Shown piece by piece: positions 23,008-35,053 of a stretch of 64,000 bases of DNA (within the stretch, counting starts at the first letter, position 1; every line of letters begins with the position of its first letter). The position numbers were made by a program, and so were the translations under genes. The notes under the pieces were generated by a model. The model did not search any database and was not told the origin of the DNA. It saw only the letters and a list, made by a program, of their open reading frames with translations. This DNA comes from Vermamoeba vermiformis (Eukaryota): positions 310,001-374,000 of the forward strand of contig JBEWZL010000302.1 in assembly GCA_045837725.1 (NCBI GenBank), written 5' to 3'.

Positions 23008-24212
23008 ATGTTGACCAATAAGGCACCAAAACTAGTCGCTGCAGTCACCAAGTTGTGCAAATCCAACAGATTGGTCGTGTTGCATAACCCGATCACGCAC
23101 ATGACACAAATAAGATGCAAAACTGTGGGTATGAATATTATCTCTTATAAAGACGCATTCGTAGAGCCAGCGTACTTCGAGTAAGTAAAATACAGCAATG
23201 AAAATAATTAAATAATAATTTTTTAAAAAATTAATCAGAAGCAGGACGTTCACACTTATTATAATATCTTCTCTATAATTTTATTTTGGCCTTTTTTTTA
23301 ACGTGAATTTGCAGTCCAATTGAAGAGAAAATCGAGGGCTGGATCCGACACGAGACAGGTTCAACAGCGATTAAATTAATGCACAAAGAGGGCTATATTC
23401 CTGGTCTACTAGTCAGACCTGAGATCAAGCCATTTACTAGAGATCAAATACGCAGCTATCTGCTCAAAAAGCTGCAACATATGAAGATCGAGGCCATCAA
23501 GGAGCGACAAGAACTCGCGAAGCTGCCGACAGAGACTAAGAAGCGCAAAGAGGTGCCTAAAGTAGAGCCTATTATTACCCCTGGCCTGAGCGATATTGTG
23601 CGTCGAATGCGCGAACAAGAAGCTGAATCCGATACACGACGCTTGAAGTACCTGCAACACATTGGCTACAGCGATGCCAAGCCCCCCTCGGTGGACGATG
23701 AAATTGCGAGTATTATGCGCGAGTTGCGCTTGACTGAAGAGCCGCAGCTTGAATTGCCTGCCCCCACGCCCTACCGAACAGATGTGCTCATCAAAGTGCG
23801 ACCGTGGCGCATTCGTGGTCTGATGAACCAACAGCAGTTCTTAGGCCGTCGTTACATCCTCACTCTCGACAATGGCGAGCAGTATACGGTGATTGGACAG
23901 CACTTGGAAGTGGATCCGCAAGGCATGCACCCGACAGCAGTGCAGCTCATCGTGTGGGACCCGCGCCGCGAACCAGCGCGCCGTTACAATCAACTGCCCG
24001 CGAAGGGTCGCTCGTACCTGACCCTCGAGGAGCAGGAGGAGGAGAACAAACGTGCTGCTGCGCGCAAACAACAAGACGACTCGGACAAGATTGAGAGCGA
24101 CAAGAAGGCTGCTGAAGCTGCTAAGGACGATAAGAAAGCACCTGCTGGTAAGGATGATAAGAAAGCTGCCCCTGCTGCTGCTGCTGCTAAGGATGACAAG
24201 AAGAAAAAATAG
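23008..24212 (+). CDS. Putative mitochondrial ribosomal protein bL25-like with large internal insertion
   Basis: Exons 23008-23128, 23165-23180 (16 nt) and 23315-24212 splice in frame. Presequence ends QIRC; IEGWIRHETGSTAIKLMHKEGYIPGLLV and FLGRRYILTLDNGEQYTVIGQHLEVDPQGMHPTAVQLIVW resemble the two halves of the L25 domain. Confidence 0.6.
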
Positions 24213-24814
24213 ATCTGCATCTGATGTAGCGAACAACACTTTTTTTGAACTAATTGCGAAGTAAAATATCCATCAAATACGTACTTATGGTATTGTACAA
24301 TATCCGCACCTTCGTTGTGTATCACGCGGATATACCGACACTATGATATGCGATTCGATTACTATATTTGGATCCGGCCTAGAAAGCAAGCGAGAACTGG
24401 ATTTTTGGTTATTTTTAGGTCAGTTCAAACTTTTGCTATCGTGCATGCATAACCACGCATTATTTGGCCAGTCAATGATTCACATGCACGCGCTTTAACC
24501 GTTGACTTGTCATCCACTATCAGCCCGAAAAGAAATTGATTCTCGGTAAGTATGTCACTCTCGGGTGACTCTGTAGTGTCTGTAATATGTACTATAATTA
24601 TATACTGCAATATAACATCGCGCTGTTCGTAATCACAAAATACAGCGCGGAACAGTTTGCCAATAAATTCAATCCGAAAATTAAGTCGAAAATAAATTTA
24701 AGCTGCTAAGTACATTAGCATTGCAATATATAATATGATTATACAACTTGTGATATTGGCAATACTAAGCGTTACTCATTTTCAGTGCTGCTGACCAACG
24801 ACCACCAGTAAAAG

Positions 24815-27800
24815 ATGGAAAAAGAGTTCAAGTAAGACCATAGCGAAGTTGAATATGACTGCTATAATACGCAGCTATCGCGCACGCGGAAATAAAGGTA
24901 CACTCTTAAAAGTTGAACTAACGGAATATTTTCAGATCAAGCGAGAAGGCTAGTCTCGATAAGAACAACACCAACGACGACAAATCAGCGCGATCAACAG
25001 TCGCATTAGACCGCTGGAACAAATTGTTGGGCTCGGTGGGCAAGATCAAGTAGGTGTTCTGGCTGCTTTGAGCGCGAACAGTGCATTTCATACTAAACAA
25101 CCTCATTATCGGCCCTATTATTATAATTATAATTACTATCATGATTGATACATTATCGGCCTATCTCCTCGCACCTCATCACTCACTTGTCAATCATCGT
25201 CGAATGAAATTTCTGATCACGTGCTTCTACCAGGGCATGGAACAGCAAGACCGGGGAGAGTGCCAGTGCCCTGATCACACTGCCCCCGCGCAAGAACTCC
25301 AAGCTGCGCAGTGATGGTACCGCGAGCACATCCAGCAGTGCCGCATCGTCCCCCGTGCCCAGTCGCCACTCCGCCTCGCCCAGCAAGAAGTTGAGTCCGC
25401 AGCTCACCGCGCTCAAATCTCCGCTCGCCAATCTGCGCAAGACGCGCTCGTCCTCGATCAGTGCCATGGTACCACGCCGCGGGTCCTCGCCGTCCAATCT
25501 GCTCGGTGCCACGCAGCTGTCGAGCAGTGCTGCAGTGCCCTCGCCACAGCCCTCAGGGGACTCCTTCGCGCAAATCACGCGCACTCTGCGCCGTGTGAAG
25601 AGCGAGCGCTACGACAACTCGTGGGACTGTCCGATCTTCTGGCACAACAACACACAGCCGCGCAGCACCGCGAGCACGCCACTGTTGGGCAGTGCTGTGG
25701 AACTCGATGCGATACGCCGCACCGTGACGAGTCCTGCGGGCCTGAAGGTGAATGAGAGCAGCGCGCCTGAGCTGGAGTTGAAGAACAGCAGCGAATTGCT
25801 CGGACAACTCAAAGCGATCAGTGCACAGCGCAGCAAGAGTCGCCGCAAGATACACCGCTTGAAGGACAAGGAGAAAGACAAAGACAAAGACAAGCACAAA
25901 GAGCGCAAGCCACGTGATTCCATGCTGATCAGTCCCAGCAGCTCTGACAGCATGGACTTGAGCACACCACGTGACTTGAGTGACTTGAGCACACCGCGCG
26001 AGAGGAGTGGCACGATTGACGCGCACATGTTCAAGCTGCTGCAAGAGATGCAAGCTGATCCGAACAAAGCACCGCCCAAGAAGTTGTCGCGACAGGACAA
26101 AGAGTCCTCGGCCTTCAACTTGCACCTCGCGACCACTGTGGCGCAGAAGAGTGCTTCGGTAGATCTCGTGGTGCCCATCGGCAAGCACCCGTATTTAGAC
26201 ATATCGCGCATTGAGTGGGGACAGCGCGACGAAGACGAGACTGTGCGTCGCTTTGGACTGCTGACCACGAGTCGCAGCTTGGCCTCGCTGACACCGCGTG
26301 CTGTGGGTGAGAACAAGATCATTCTCGCTGGACCCCTCACGCAACTCGTCAATGTCGCGGTCAATCCGCACGCTGCGTGTAAGTAATTGACAGTTTGACA
26401 CGTGTCACTCGCTAACTTGCAAGCACAGATGACAGTTTCTTGCGCATCATGGTGCTGACTCACCGACACGTGCTGAGTTCACACGAGTTCTTGGACAAGT
26501 TGATTCGTCGCTATCACATCAAGCCCCTCAAAGGGCAAGAGGACAGCATTGAATTCATGCACCACAAAGAGTTGCTGCAAGAGGGGTAAGTCACGCACTC
26601 TGATGACACGTGTCACTTGCTGACCTGTGCGCAGTGTGATCACGATACTGCAGTCGTGGATGGACTTGCACTTTGACGACTTTGTGGGCAATGAGAAGGT
26701 GCTCGAGAGCTTTCAACAGTTCGTGCATCAGCTCGAGAAAGGGTCCGACAAAGACCGCGACTTTGTGCAGCTGTTGAACCGCTCTATGGCCCGTCAGTAT
26801 CGCTTGTTGGAGGACGCTGATCGCACCCTCGCCAAATACGCGCCCTTGCTGCAACAGTTCATTGAAACAGAGATGGCACTCGCGCAGGGGGCCTCGATGA
26901 CAGGTCCGCTCAAATTGACGCGCATGGCCCCCGTGCCTGCCAATGCCGTGGCCGTGTCGTCCATGTCACTGCTCGACTTCCACCCCCTCGAACTCGCCAA
27001 ACAACTGGCACTGCGCGAGTGGAGTTACTTCAAGCGCGCGGAGATTGACGAGTACATTCATCTGCGCTGGACCAAGTCGAACAAGCACAAGAGCGCACCG
27101 AACATCTTGCAGCTGATTCGTCGCTTCAACGAGCTGAGCTATTGGGTGGCCAGTGAGATTGTGTCCACCGTCAACAAGAAGAAGCGCGTGGTGGTGCTGA
27201 CTCGCTTCTTGCAGATAGCTAAGGTACCGAGTGATATCACTAGTAGCGTCACTTGTGCGCACTGATTAACACTGTTGCTTGCAGTACTGTCGCGATATGA
27301 ACAACTTCCAAGTGGTGATGGCCATCTATTGTGGCTTGAATATGCAGGTACGCACACTGAGCTGCATAGAGCAAGATATATATACCTCTATATACCTCTA
27401 TATAGCGCAGCAGTACTGACCGCAGCACAGGCCATTCAACGACTGCGCAAGACGTGGAAGGGAGTGGGCAAAGAGCACATTGCGCTGCTGAAAGAGCTCG
27501 ATCAGCTGTTCGAGGCCGCAGAGAACTACAAGCAGTACCGTACGCGCGTGCGTGCTGCAATCGATGACAATCAGCCCGTGCTGCCGTTTCAGGGCGTGTA
27601 CTTGAAGAGCTTGGTGTTCATCGAAGAGAACGGCGACAAGACTGAGCGCGGACTGCTCAATGTCGAGAAGTTAGAAATGCTCTACAAAGTGCTCTACGAG
27701 ATACGCATGTGTCAGCGCTATCCATTCCCCTTCGCTGAAGTACCGCAGATCCAGGACTACTTGACCAATCTCGAGGCTATGAGTGACGACGATCTCTACA

Positions 27801-27883
27801 AGAACTCGAAGCAGTGCGAAGAGAATACGAGCGAGACACCTAATCAACTGCGCAAGTCAGTCAAGCTGAAGAAGAAGATCTAA
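24815..27883 (+). CDS. Second RasGEF (REM + CDC25) with Ser-rich N-terminus
   Basis: ILAGPLTQLV, ILQSWMDLHFDDF, PLELAKQLALREW, FNELSYWVASEIV, PVLPFQGVYLKSLVFIEENG and LNVEKL. Confidence 0.92.
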
Positions 27884-27996
27884 ATTGAACTTCGTCTGTT
27901 ATTTGTTATTTTCCTTGTAATATACCTGTTGTAGTAATATGCTGTTGTCATATTAAAAGCGCATAACTTTATTATTGTACAAACAAGACTATGAAT

Positions 27997-28793
27997 TCAG
28001 TTCTGGTTGACTGGACCGATCAAATTCCTTCGGATCTTGTCTAAGTTAACTCGGTAGTACTTCGATGGCGCAGCTTCAATGGGTGTTAGTGCTCCTTCGA
28101 TCATTTCGCGCTGCGTTTCATCGCTCAACAAGTACTCCGAGACCACATCTGCCATGTCATAACCGAGAATGCGCAGTAGAATCGCAATCAGTATGCCCGT
28201 GCGATCACGTCCACCTAATCATTGCAAAGTATTAGAATATATGACTTAAGGAGCAGTGACGTACTGGCACAATGAACGAATACGGGAAAATCGTTGACTG
28301 GATCCAACGATTCAAATATCTTCAGTAGTCTGATAATCCACTCTTTGACATCGCGTCTATCGGTTTCGTATTTATCAATGCTGTTAGGCAGTGCTTCGTG
28401 AATGAATTTGATCTTGTGCGTAGGATTTTCTTCAGCCAGATCTGTGTTGTCTCCTGCCATTCTGCACCCGAGTGAATAAATATCGACTTTATTTGAGTCT
28501 ATATCATTACCTTAAATTCAATATAGTCTTTGGCATGCCAATTGACGCTAAGCTGCAGTATTCTAAGTCATTTCGCAACAATCAGCACCAGTTCAATTTT
28601 AATAATAACGGTCAATACGCACCTATTTTACCTCCGCGCAACAATCGACCAGCAGGCAGTGCACCGCTAGTGGGTACGCGTGCTGTTATTTGTTGCAACG
28701 CCACGCTGCTAAGTGTTAACGTCTGGATGCAGCGATATTCGTGTCTTACCCAACATCGCGCCAATTCAAGCACTGAAAAGTACGGTAACTCAT
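27997..28793 (-). CDS. Cys-based phosphatase, Y_phosphatase3 (PtpB/IphP-like) family
   Basis: N-terminal NWRDVG and LLRGG; catalytic loop VFVHCASGRDRTG assembled across an intron; V.SEYLLS. Confidence 0.85.
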
Positions 28794-28930
28794 AGTGAGG
28801 TGTGGTGCTCAATGCGGTGTGAGTGAGGACATTCGTGATTTTTTCACTCGATGTTAGCCAGTTAGAATAAACAAAGAAATCACGCTCAGAACACGTGCCT
28901 GGTCCACGTGTCGAGAAATATCACAGTGTG

Positions 28931-29963
28931 ATGCAACAACTCACCTCCGTGCTCCGTCATATGAACAAGTGGTGCTATTGATTATACCACTGTTGTTAAA
29001 TATTACTTTCAGCTCAAATAGTCTCCATTGGAAGCAAATGTTTTTGTCTGCTCTTGCTTGGACCTGTGCAGTGATTTCAGTGGTAATTGCAATTCAAATT
29101 ATTAGTCGTGTTAATATATATTTTTTATTATTGCATTCAATCAACATTGCTGTTAGTACCACACCTAGTTAATCCAAATTATTTGCGTATTATTCGCCTA
29201 ATACCGGACCCCTAACAGCCCTCTGCATTGCAGGCACTTATTTGGCACACACACAAGGGCTCTCATACCAAGAGCAGCATTAAACGAGCCAGCAAGAAGA
29301 CTTTGGTGCTCGATCTCGATGAGACACTGGTGCACTCACGCATTCACGAGCCAGAGCACTATAACTATGCCATATCACTCTCATTCGACGATACGCCCTT
29401 CACATTCTACGTCAGTGAACGACCACACGTGCATCAGTTCATCAAAGAGGTACATCTAGCTCTTTTAATGCACGCGTATTCACTGCTGTACTATTCACAG
29501 GTCGCACAGCTCTATAACGTGGTTATATTCACCGCTAGCATGCAGGAATATGCAGGTAATACAGTTGTGATTGACACCGCAGAGCTAACAGCGACACCAG
29601 ATCCGGTCATCAATCAACTCGATCCGCACGCTCAGTACTTTACACGTCGCTTGTATCGCGAGGTATGTGCTGCCACCGATCACTCGGCACCGCGTACTAA
29701 CAGCTGACTAGTCCTGCACATTCCACGGCGATCATTTCTTGAAAGACTTGCAGGCGCTGGGCTTTGACATGTCGCACACGCTGATCGTGGACAATTCGCC
29801 GATCTCTTATTCACTGAATCGCGAGAATGCCGTGCCGATCGATTCGTACACTGGCCTCGAGACACGTGACGAGGCTCTGATTGCACTGCTGCCCATTCTC
29901 CGTGCCCTGGTAGATGTGCACGATGTGCGCGCAGTGCTCGGTCTGCAACAGATGCGCCTATAA
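28931..29963 (+). CDS. HAD-family NIF/SCP phosphatase with N-terminal TM, CTDNEP1 (Dullard/Nem1)-like
   Basis: LVLDLDETLVHS, RPHVHQF, FTASMQEYA, IVDNSP and DEALIALLPILRAL..DVRAVL; hydrophobic segment near the N-terminus. Confidence 0.85.
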
Positions 29964-30040
29964 ATAGCTCGGTCCCTGTCAGCACTGCCCTGGTCGAGAT
30001 GCCGTTTATTTGCAGTTATGTACAAGGAGGTCACGTGCCC

Positions 30041-31338
30041 TCAGCCCTTCACTTCACCAAAGTAGCTGTCCTGCTCGAGCACTTTGACCACCGAGTCCGA
30101 GTAGATGGTGAGCTGGAACTCGCCCTCCACGCCCTGGTCGAAGGTGCACGGCACAATCGTGTAGTGTCCTGGCTGCAACTCGCCCTGACCCACGACATCG
30201 AGATCACAGCCCTCGACGAACTCAGTGGACCAGACCACGTCCTGCAATCACATCATGTGCGGTCAGTTCACTGCACATCAACAGCGGTGTCCTAGTCACT
30301 GCGCACTCTGAGAGTGACACTGTGGTGACACCCACACTGCAAATATGTCAACACCTACCTTGGAGTACAATCGCTCGGGGGCGGGGCCAGGCTCAGCATT
30401 CAACACGTACACACCCACCGCGCTGCCCGTGCCACTCATTGGCTGCGTCACTGCCACCACCAGCACGATGCGCGAGGTCGTGCCGCGCGGTGATTCGCTG
30501 GGCTTGTCGTTGTGGCCCGTGACTTGAATGCGCACCTTGGGATTGCCCTTGAAGCTCTTGTGATGTTTGCAGCCTCCTGCACTCGAGCCGTGCCAGCGAC
30601 CAGTGACCGAGTACTGGTACCAGTCACGTGACTCATCGATCGCTGTCAACGTGCCATCACTGGTGTGCAGCGTGAAGGTGCCGAGTTTGCGCGCATCCAG
30701 CGTGCAGGGAATGACGATGTAATCGCCGACATAGAGCTGCACGGTTGTAGTCACTGTATTAATGTCAGCACGGGTAGGTCATATTAAACATTATGCTCGA
30801 TAATTTCAAGCTACAATTCAAACAGAATCTTTTTTTTCGATATCAAATTGATATTCAAGTTGTGATTCTATTTCGATAATTAATTATTAATTCAAACATT
30901 ATGCTTACCAATCTTTTGCGTAAAGAAACCGCTTTTATGAACGAGATTTCCTTTGTTGCTAAGCAATTTTCTTTTCAGATCTGTCAAAATTCGATTAAAT
31001 CATTAATTCATACAATTGACGCTAACTAAGAAAGGCAAAATAATCCTCCTTTGATAGATTATTAAACGATTTTTGGATATTTTTTGAAAATCTTCAACGG
31101 TTGAACTGTACCTTCAGCCTTGCATATATAGAATCCAATGTGATTGAGAGACTCGCTCTCATCTTGTTCTAATTTCACGGTGATGTTCTCGGACGATTTC
31201 AACCGCAAGACATACTGCGGATTCGATCTCCACGTGCCACAATTAAAACTTCCACCTGCCGTTTGGGCATTCCACTCACCCTATGGATTGTTATGTTAAC
31301 TAATTTGGTGTTATTTTTCAAGGTACCTTGATCTCCAT
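30041..31338 (-). CDS. Protein of two tandem calpain domain III (CBSW) modules without a protease core
   Basis: MEIKGEWNAQTAGGS..WRSNPQY..GDYIVIPCT, then GRWHGSSAGGC..FKGNP..GHYTIVPCTFDQGVEGEFQLTIYS. Confidence 0.85.
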
Positions 31339-31843
31339 CTTTGAAGAAATGTTGTAACTCGCGAAAAGTTTCGACAAACAAAAAAATCACAGGACAAATC
31401 TTGATCAACTCAGTTAGCGCGGTATTACATTAGATAATCTTTCAATGGTGGTGCGAACGAATCATGAAATTAACTCCGGTAAGTTTCAAATCCCTGGATC
31501 TACAGATGGATCAGATCGGATTGATGACAGGCTCAGTCCATTGTATTGATTATATCATGCTTACCACTTACTTACTATCCTATAAATAGGTCTCCCAATC
31601 GACGGTTGACACGAATCCACTCTCGATCGTGTGTTGTGCTCGCGACAACTGTGTGGCGTGATATGAGAAACGCGTGACTTGCTAAATCAAGTGTTCAGCT
31701 CAACACGCGCTGACGACACGAGCACGTGATACACACTCGGACAATTAAACAGATCAAAATACCCCGGGCATTCCTAAAACACCCAAAAAGAGACAAAAAT
31801 GGTTTGGCAGTCATTCTCAATTTTGTGTAATTCGATTAGCAAC

Positions 31844-34800
31844 ATGAAGCGCAGCTGTGACTACCTAGACTTGCCACTGCAATATAGTCCGAATAAGAAA
31901 CGAAAGATTGATGCGTCTATTCTCACTGTTAAAGCGATCGGAGGTACGCTTAATTCGGATTTCGCAATTTTTGATAAAATGTTCTAATAATAATTATGCA
32001 TAGAATATTCATGCCCTACTACATCCGAAAGCTTGTTATTAGAGAAATGTTTGGAAGCATTATTCATGTAAGTCAAGAAATTAATTGCAAGCATTAATTA
32101 GACCGCGTCAATAACTGACTATTGCAGCCGTTTGAAGCAAGAACGATGTTCAATAACACACGCCTCTATTGAGGGGTAAGTGCTACTAAATGTCCGAGGT
32201 TTGATTATCGGATGCTAATCAATCCAATTGTATACTTTTCAGCGTGCACCCCTTTGATCGATTGACAATCAACGAGAAGATAATATCACTCACGGGCATT
32301 ATCAAATCAGTACGGACAATTATTATGTCTGGATGCGTCAAATACAGCGGACTAATATCTTCTTCAACAGCTCGTCACATCTGAAGTTCAACCTCCGCGA
32401 AATGTCATGGACGATGCAGCAGTATTCTCAGTGTACAAAGAGCTCGAACGTCTCATCACTGAAGAAGTGCAAGTAGCACTCTCTGCGTCATCGCGTGGGT
32501 GAGTCCAGTTTTATGAAATTTCACAATTATTCCCGCAACTTATCTGACCTCAAATCTCCGCTGCAGACTGGAGAGCAGTGGGAGCACCGCTAAGACATAC
32601 ATACCCTCCCCAGCTCTGATCAGACGCATGGTGCTGAATGCCGTGCAGAGTGTGCGCCTGCTGGACAACAACTTGAATCCGAACAACGTGAGCGAGACGA
32701 GCAGTGACTTGGCGCAGTGGGAGTGTTTGATCTCGACCCTCGCCTCGCACCACTTCAACTACTTTGACAGCAAGAAGCGCGTGTTTGACATGCCCAGCGG
32801 TCAACTCTCGCACGATGCAGCACTCGCGCACCAACAAATCAGTCGAGATACACACGAGATTGAAGACGTGCTGCACACCTCACTCGACAACCGAGTGCGA
32901 CGCCACGACATTCATCACTACGCGCAATATCAACGACCTCCAGTGCCCGTCTTAGAACTCCAACCTCACCGTTCAGTGAACGAGTCCGCCAGTCACGTGA
33001 TGACACGTCACAGTTCACAAATCGAGTCCCTGCCCAGCGAACTCCACGAACTCATTCTCAGCTACTTGACACCCATTGAACTGTACCACACGCGCGCAGT
33101 CAACAAGAGATTTCAAGCCATGTGTCTCGCCCCCGCACTGTGGTCCAGTCTGGATCTGTCCTTCATTCGCAACAAACGTCTGCTCACCGATGAACTGCTC
33201 ACGGTACTGCTCACACGCCACCGATCAGTGCGCAGACTGGTGTTGCGCGGTGTGAATGACGTGTTGACAGGCCACTGCTTCTTGACACTGGCAGCCTATC
33301 ACATCACCCTGCCCAATCTGCGCGAGATTGTCTGTCACCACTGCACCGCACTGCAGGGTGGAATATTGTTGCGCGGACTGGCCAAGACCTGTCCGAGTTT
33401 GTGCAGCCTCGACTTGGACGGCAGCTGTTCACTGAACGACGAACATCTCCGCTTACTTTCCAACAGTTTGCCGCAGTTGACGAAGCTGTCGCTGCGCACT
33501 CAATCCGACAATCTGATCGCGGTGCTGGCCATCATGCAGCGCCAGTTCACTTCACGAGTGCCGCGCAACATCACATTGACAGGTGTCACGCAGATGATTG
33601 CACTCGGTGTGCTGCAACTGCGTCACTTGAGACTCAAACTCACGGAGATTAGCGGTACGTAGCTGTGGCTATATTTAGCGCATTACTAACACGGTGACAG
33701 GCGATCTGTTTGGCAATCTCGTCCGTTCCATGCCACATTTGGAAAGTCTGGCGGTGTCGCAAGACATTGCCTTCAAAGTCAACGGCACCTATCTCAAGAC
33801 ACTCGAACACAGCACGCAACACACGGCCTGGTCAGACCTCAAGCGCTTGACACTCGAGGGCGATGTGTTCACCGATCAGTTCCTCGCTTCACTGTTGCCA
33901 CTCGCTCCACAACTGCAACGACTGAACCTGATCGATTGCAACATCACTGATCGCGCGCTGGAGGTGATTGTACAGCAATTGCCTAAAATAGCAAGTCTGT
34001 GCATTGAAGGCGTGCATCCGACGTTCATCACGGAGCAGGGTCTGACACATCTGCTGTCAAACTGTCACTCGCTGCACTCGGTGCAAATCAGTGCCGCACT
34101 CAACACGAGTCACTTCATCACGGCCAGCGAGCGACACAACCGCTGGCGTCAGCTGATTGCTGCAGATAGGGCCGCGAGTGACACGATGACAGGTGTCACC
34201 AAACTGCACAAGATAATCTCCGAATTCTCCGAAGATCACTTGCCGCTCGACGGCGGGTCTAAAATTAGAATCAACTCAGACTTGCTCATGTCCCCCAAGC
34301 CCAATCTGCACCACGTGCTGCTGAATCACGTGACCATCACAGACCAGGCACTCGCAGCGCTGCTCCGTCACGCACCCAATCTGCGCAGTCTGTCCCTCGT
34401 ATCTACCGTCATCACTGGCACTGCATCTCCGCTCGAGATACCGCGCACGGGTTTGCAATCACTGACCCTGGTAGACATTGCCCTGAGTGATCACGTGCTC
34501 CACGCGCTGCTGAACAGTGTGCCCCTGGTGCAGAGTCTGTGTCTGTATTTTGTCGCGTGTCCTGTCACTGTGCCACTCCACGGCACTGCCACGTCAGCTG
34601 AGCCCTGGTTGAACTTGCGGCGTGTCATCTTGGGTCGGTGGCAGTCGCTCAATGACACCTTGCTGGCTGCGCTGCTGGCACGTGTCTCTCGGCTCGAGTG
34701 TCTGGAACTGATCGATCTGTTAGTGCCGCTTTCACTGAACACACTCGCGCAGGTGCTCAGCGCGCATCGGGACTCGTTCCGCGCCCTGGTGCTGAATCAC

Positions 34801-34869
34801 TGCACGGAACTCGATCAGAGCGTGGTGCGCAGCAGATTCGATCCTAATCTCGCCATCACTTTCATGTAA
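31844..34869 (+). CDS. F-box/LRR protein with uncharacterised N-terminal region
   Basis: F-box IESLPSELHELILSYL..VNKRF..LWSSLDLS followed by cysteine-containing-type LRRs; four short 5' exons splice in frame. Confidence 0.88.
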
Positions 34870-35053
34870 AGTGTAATATAAAGTCTCTTCATTATTTAAA
34901 CTGGCCTGGTGTTTGCGTGAATTTGTTGCAAATCAAAACGTCAAAGTTAAGTAACGCGAGTAAGTTTTTTTTATGCCTGCGACTCGCACGACCATAATCT
35001 AACATTGGTGGCACGAATACAGTGGTCGTAGTGCATGTATTGTAGTTAGCATC

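Noticed and set aside
27997-28793. Recent horizontal transfer of the bacterial-like phosphatase (also the DUF4139 gene)
   Set aside because: Both have multiple host-type introns and host-like composition, and both families are widespread in eukaryotes; this cannot be supported without a phylogeny.
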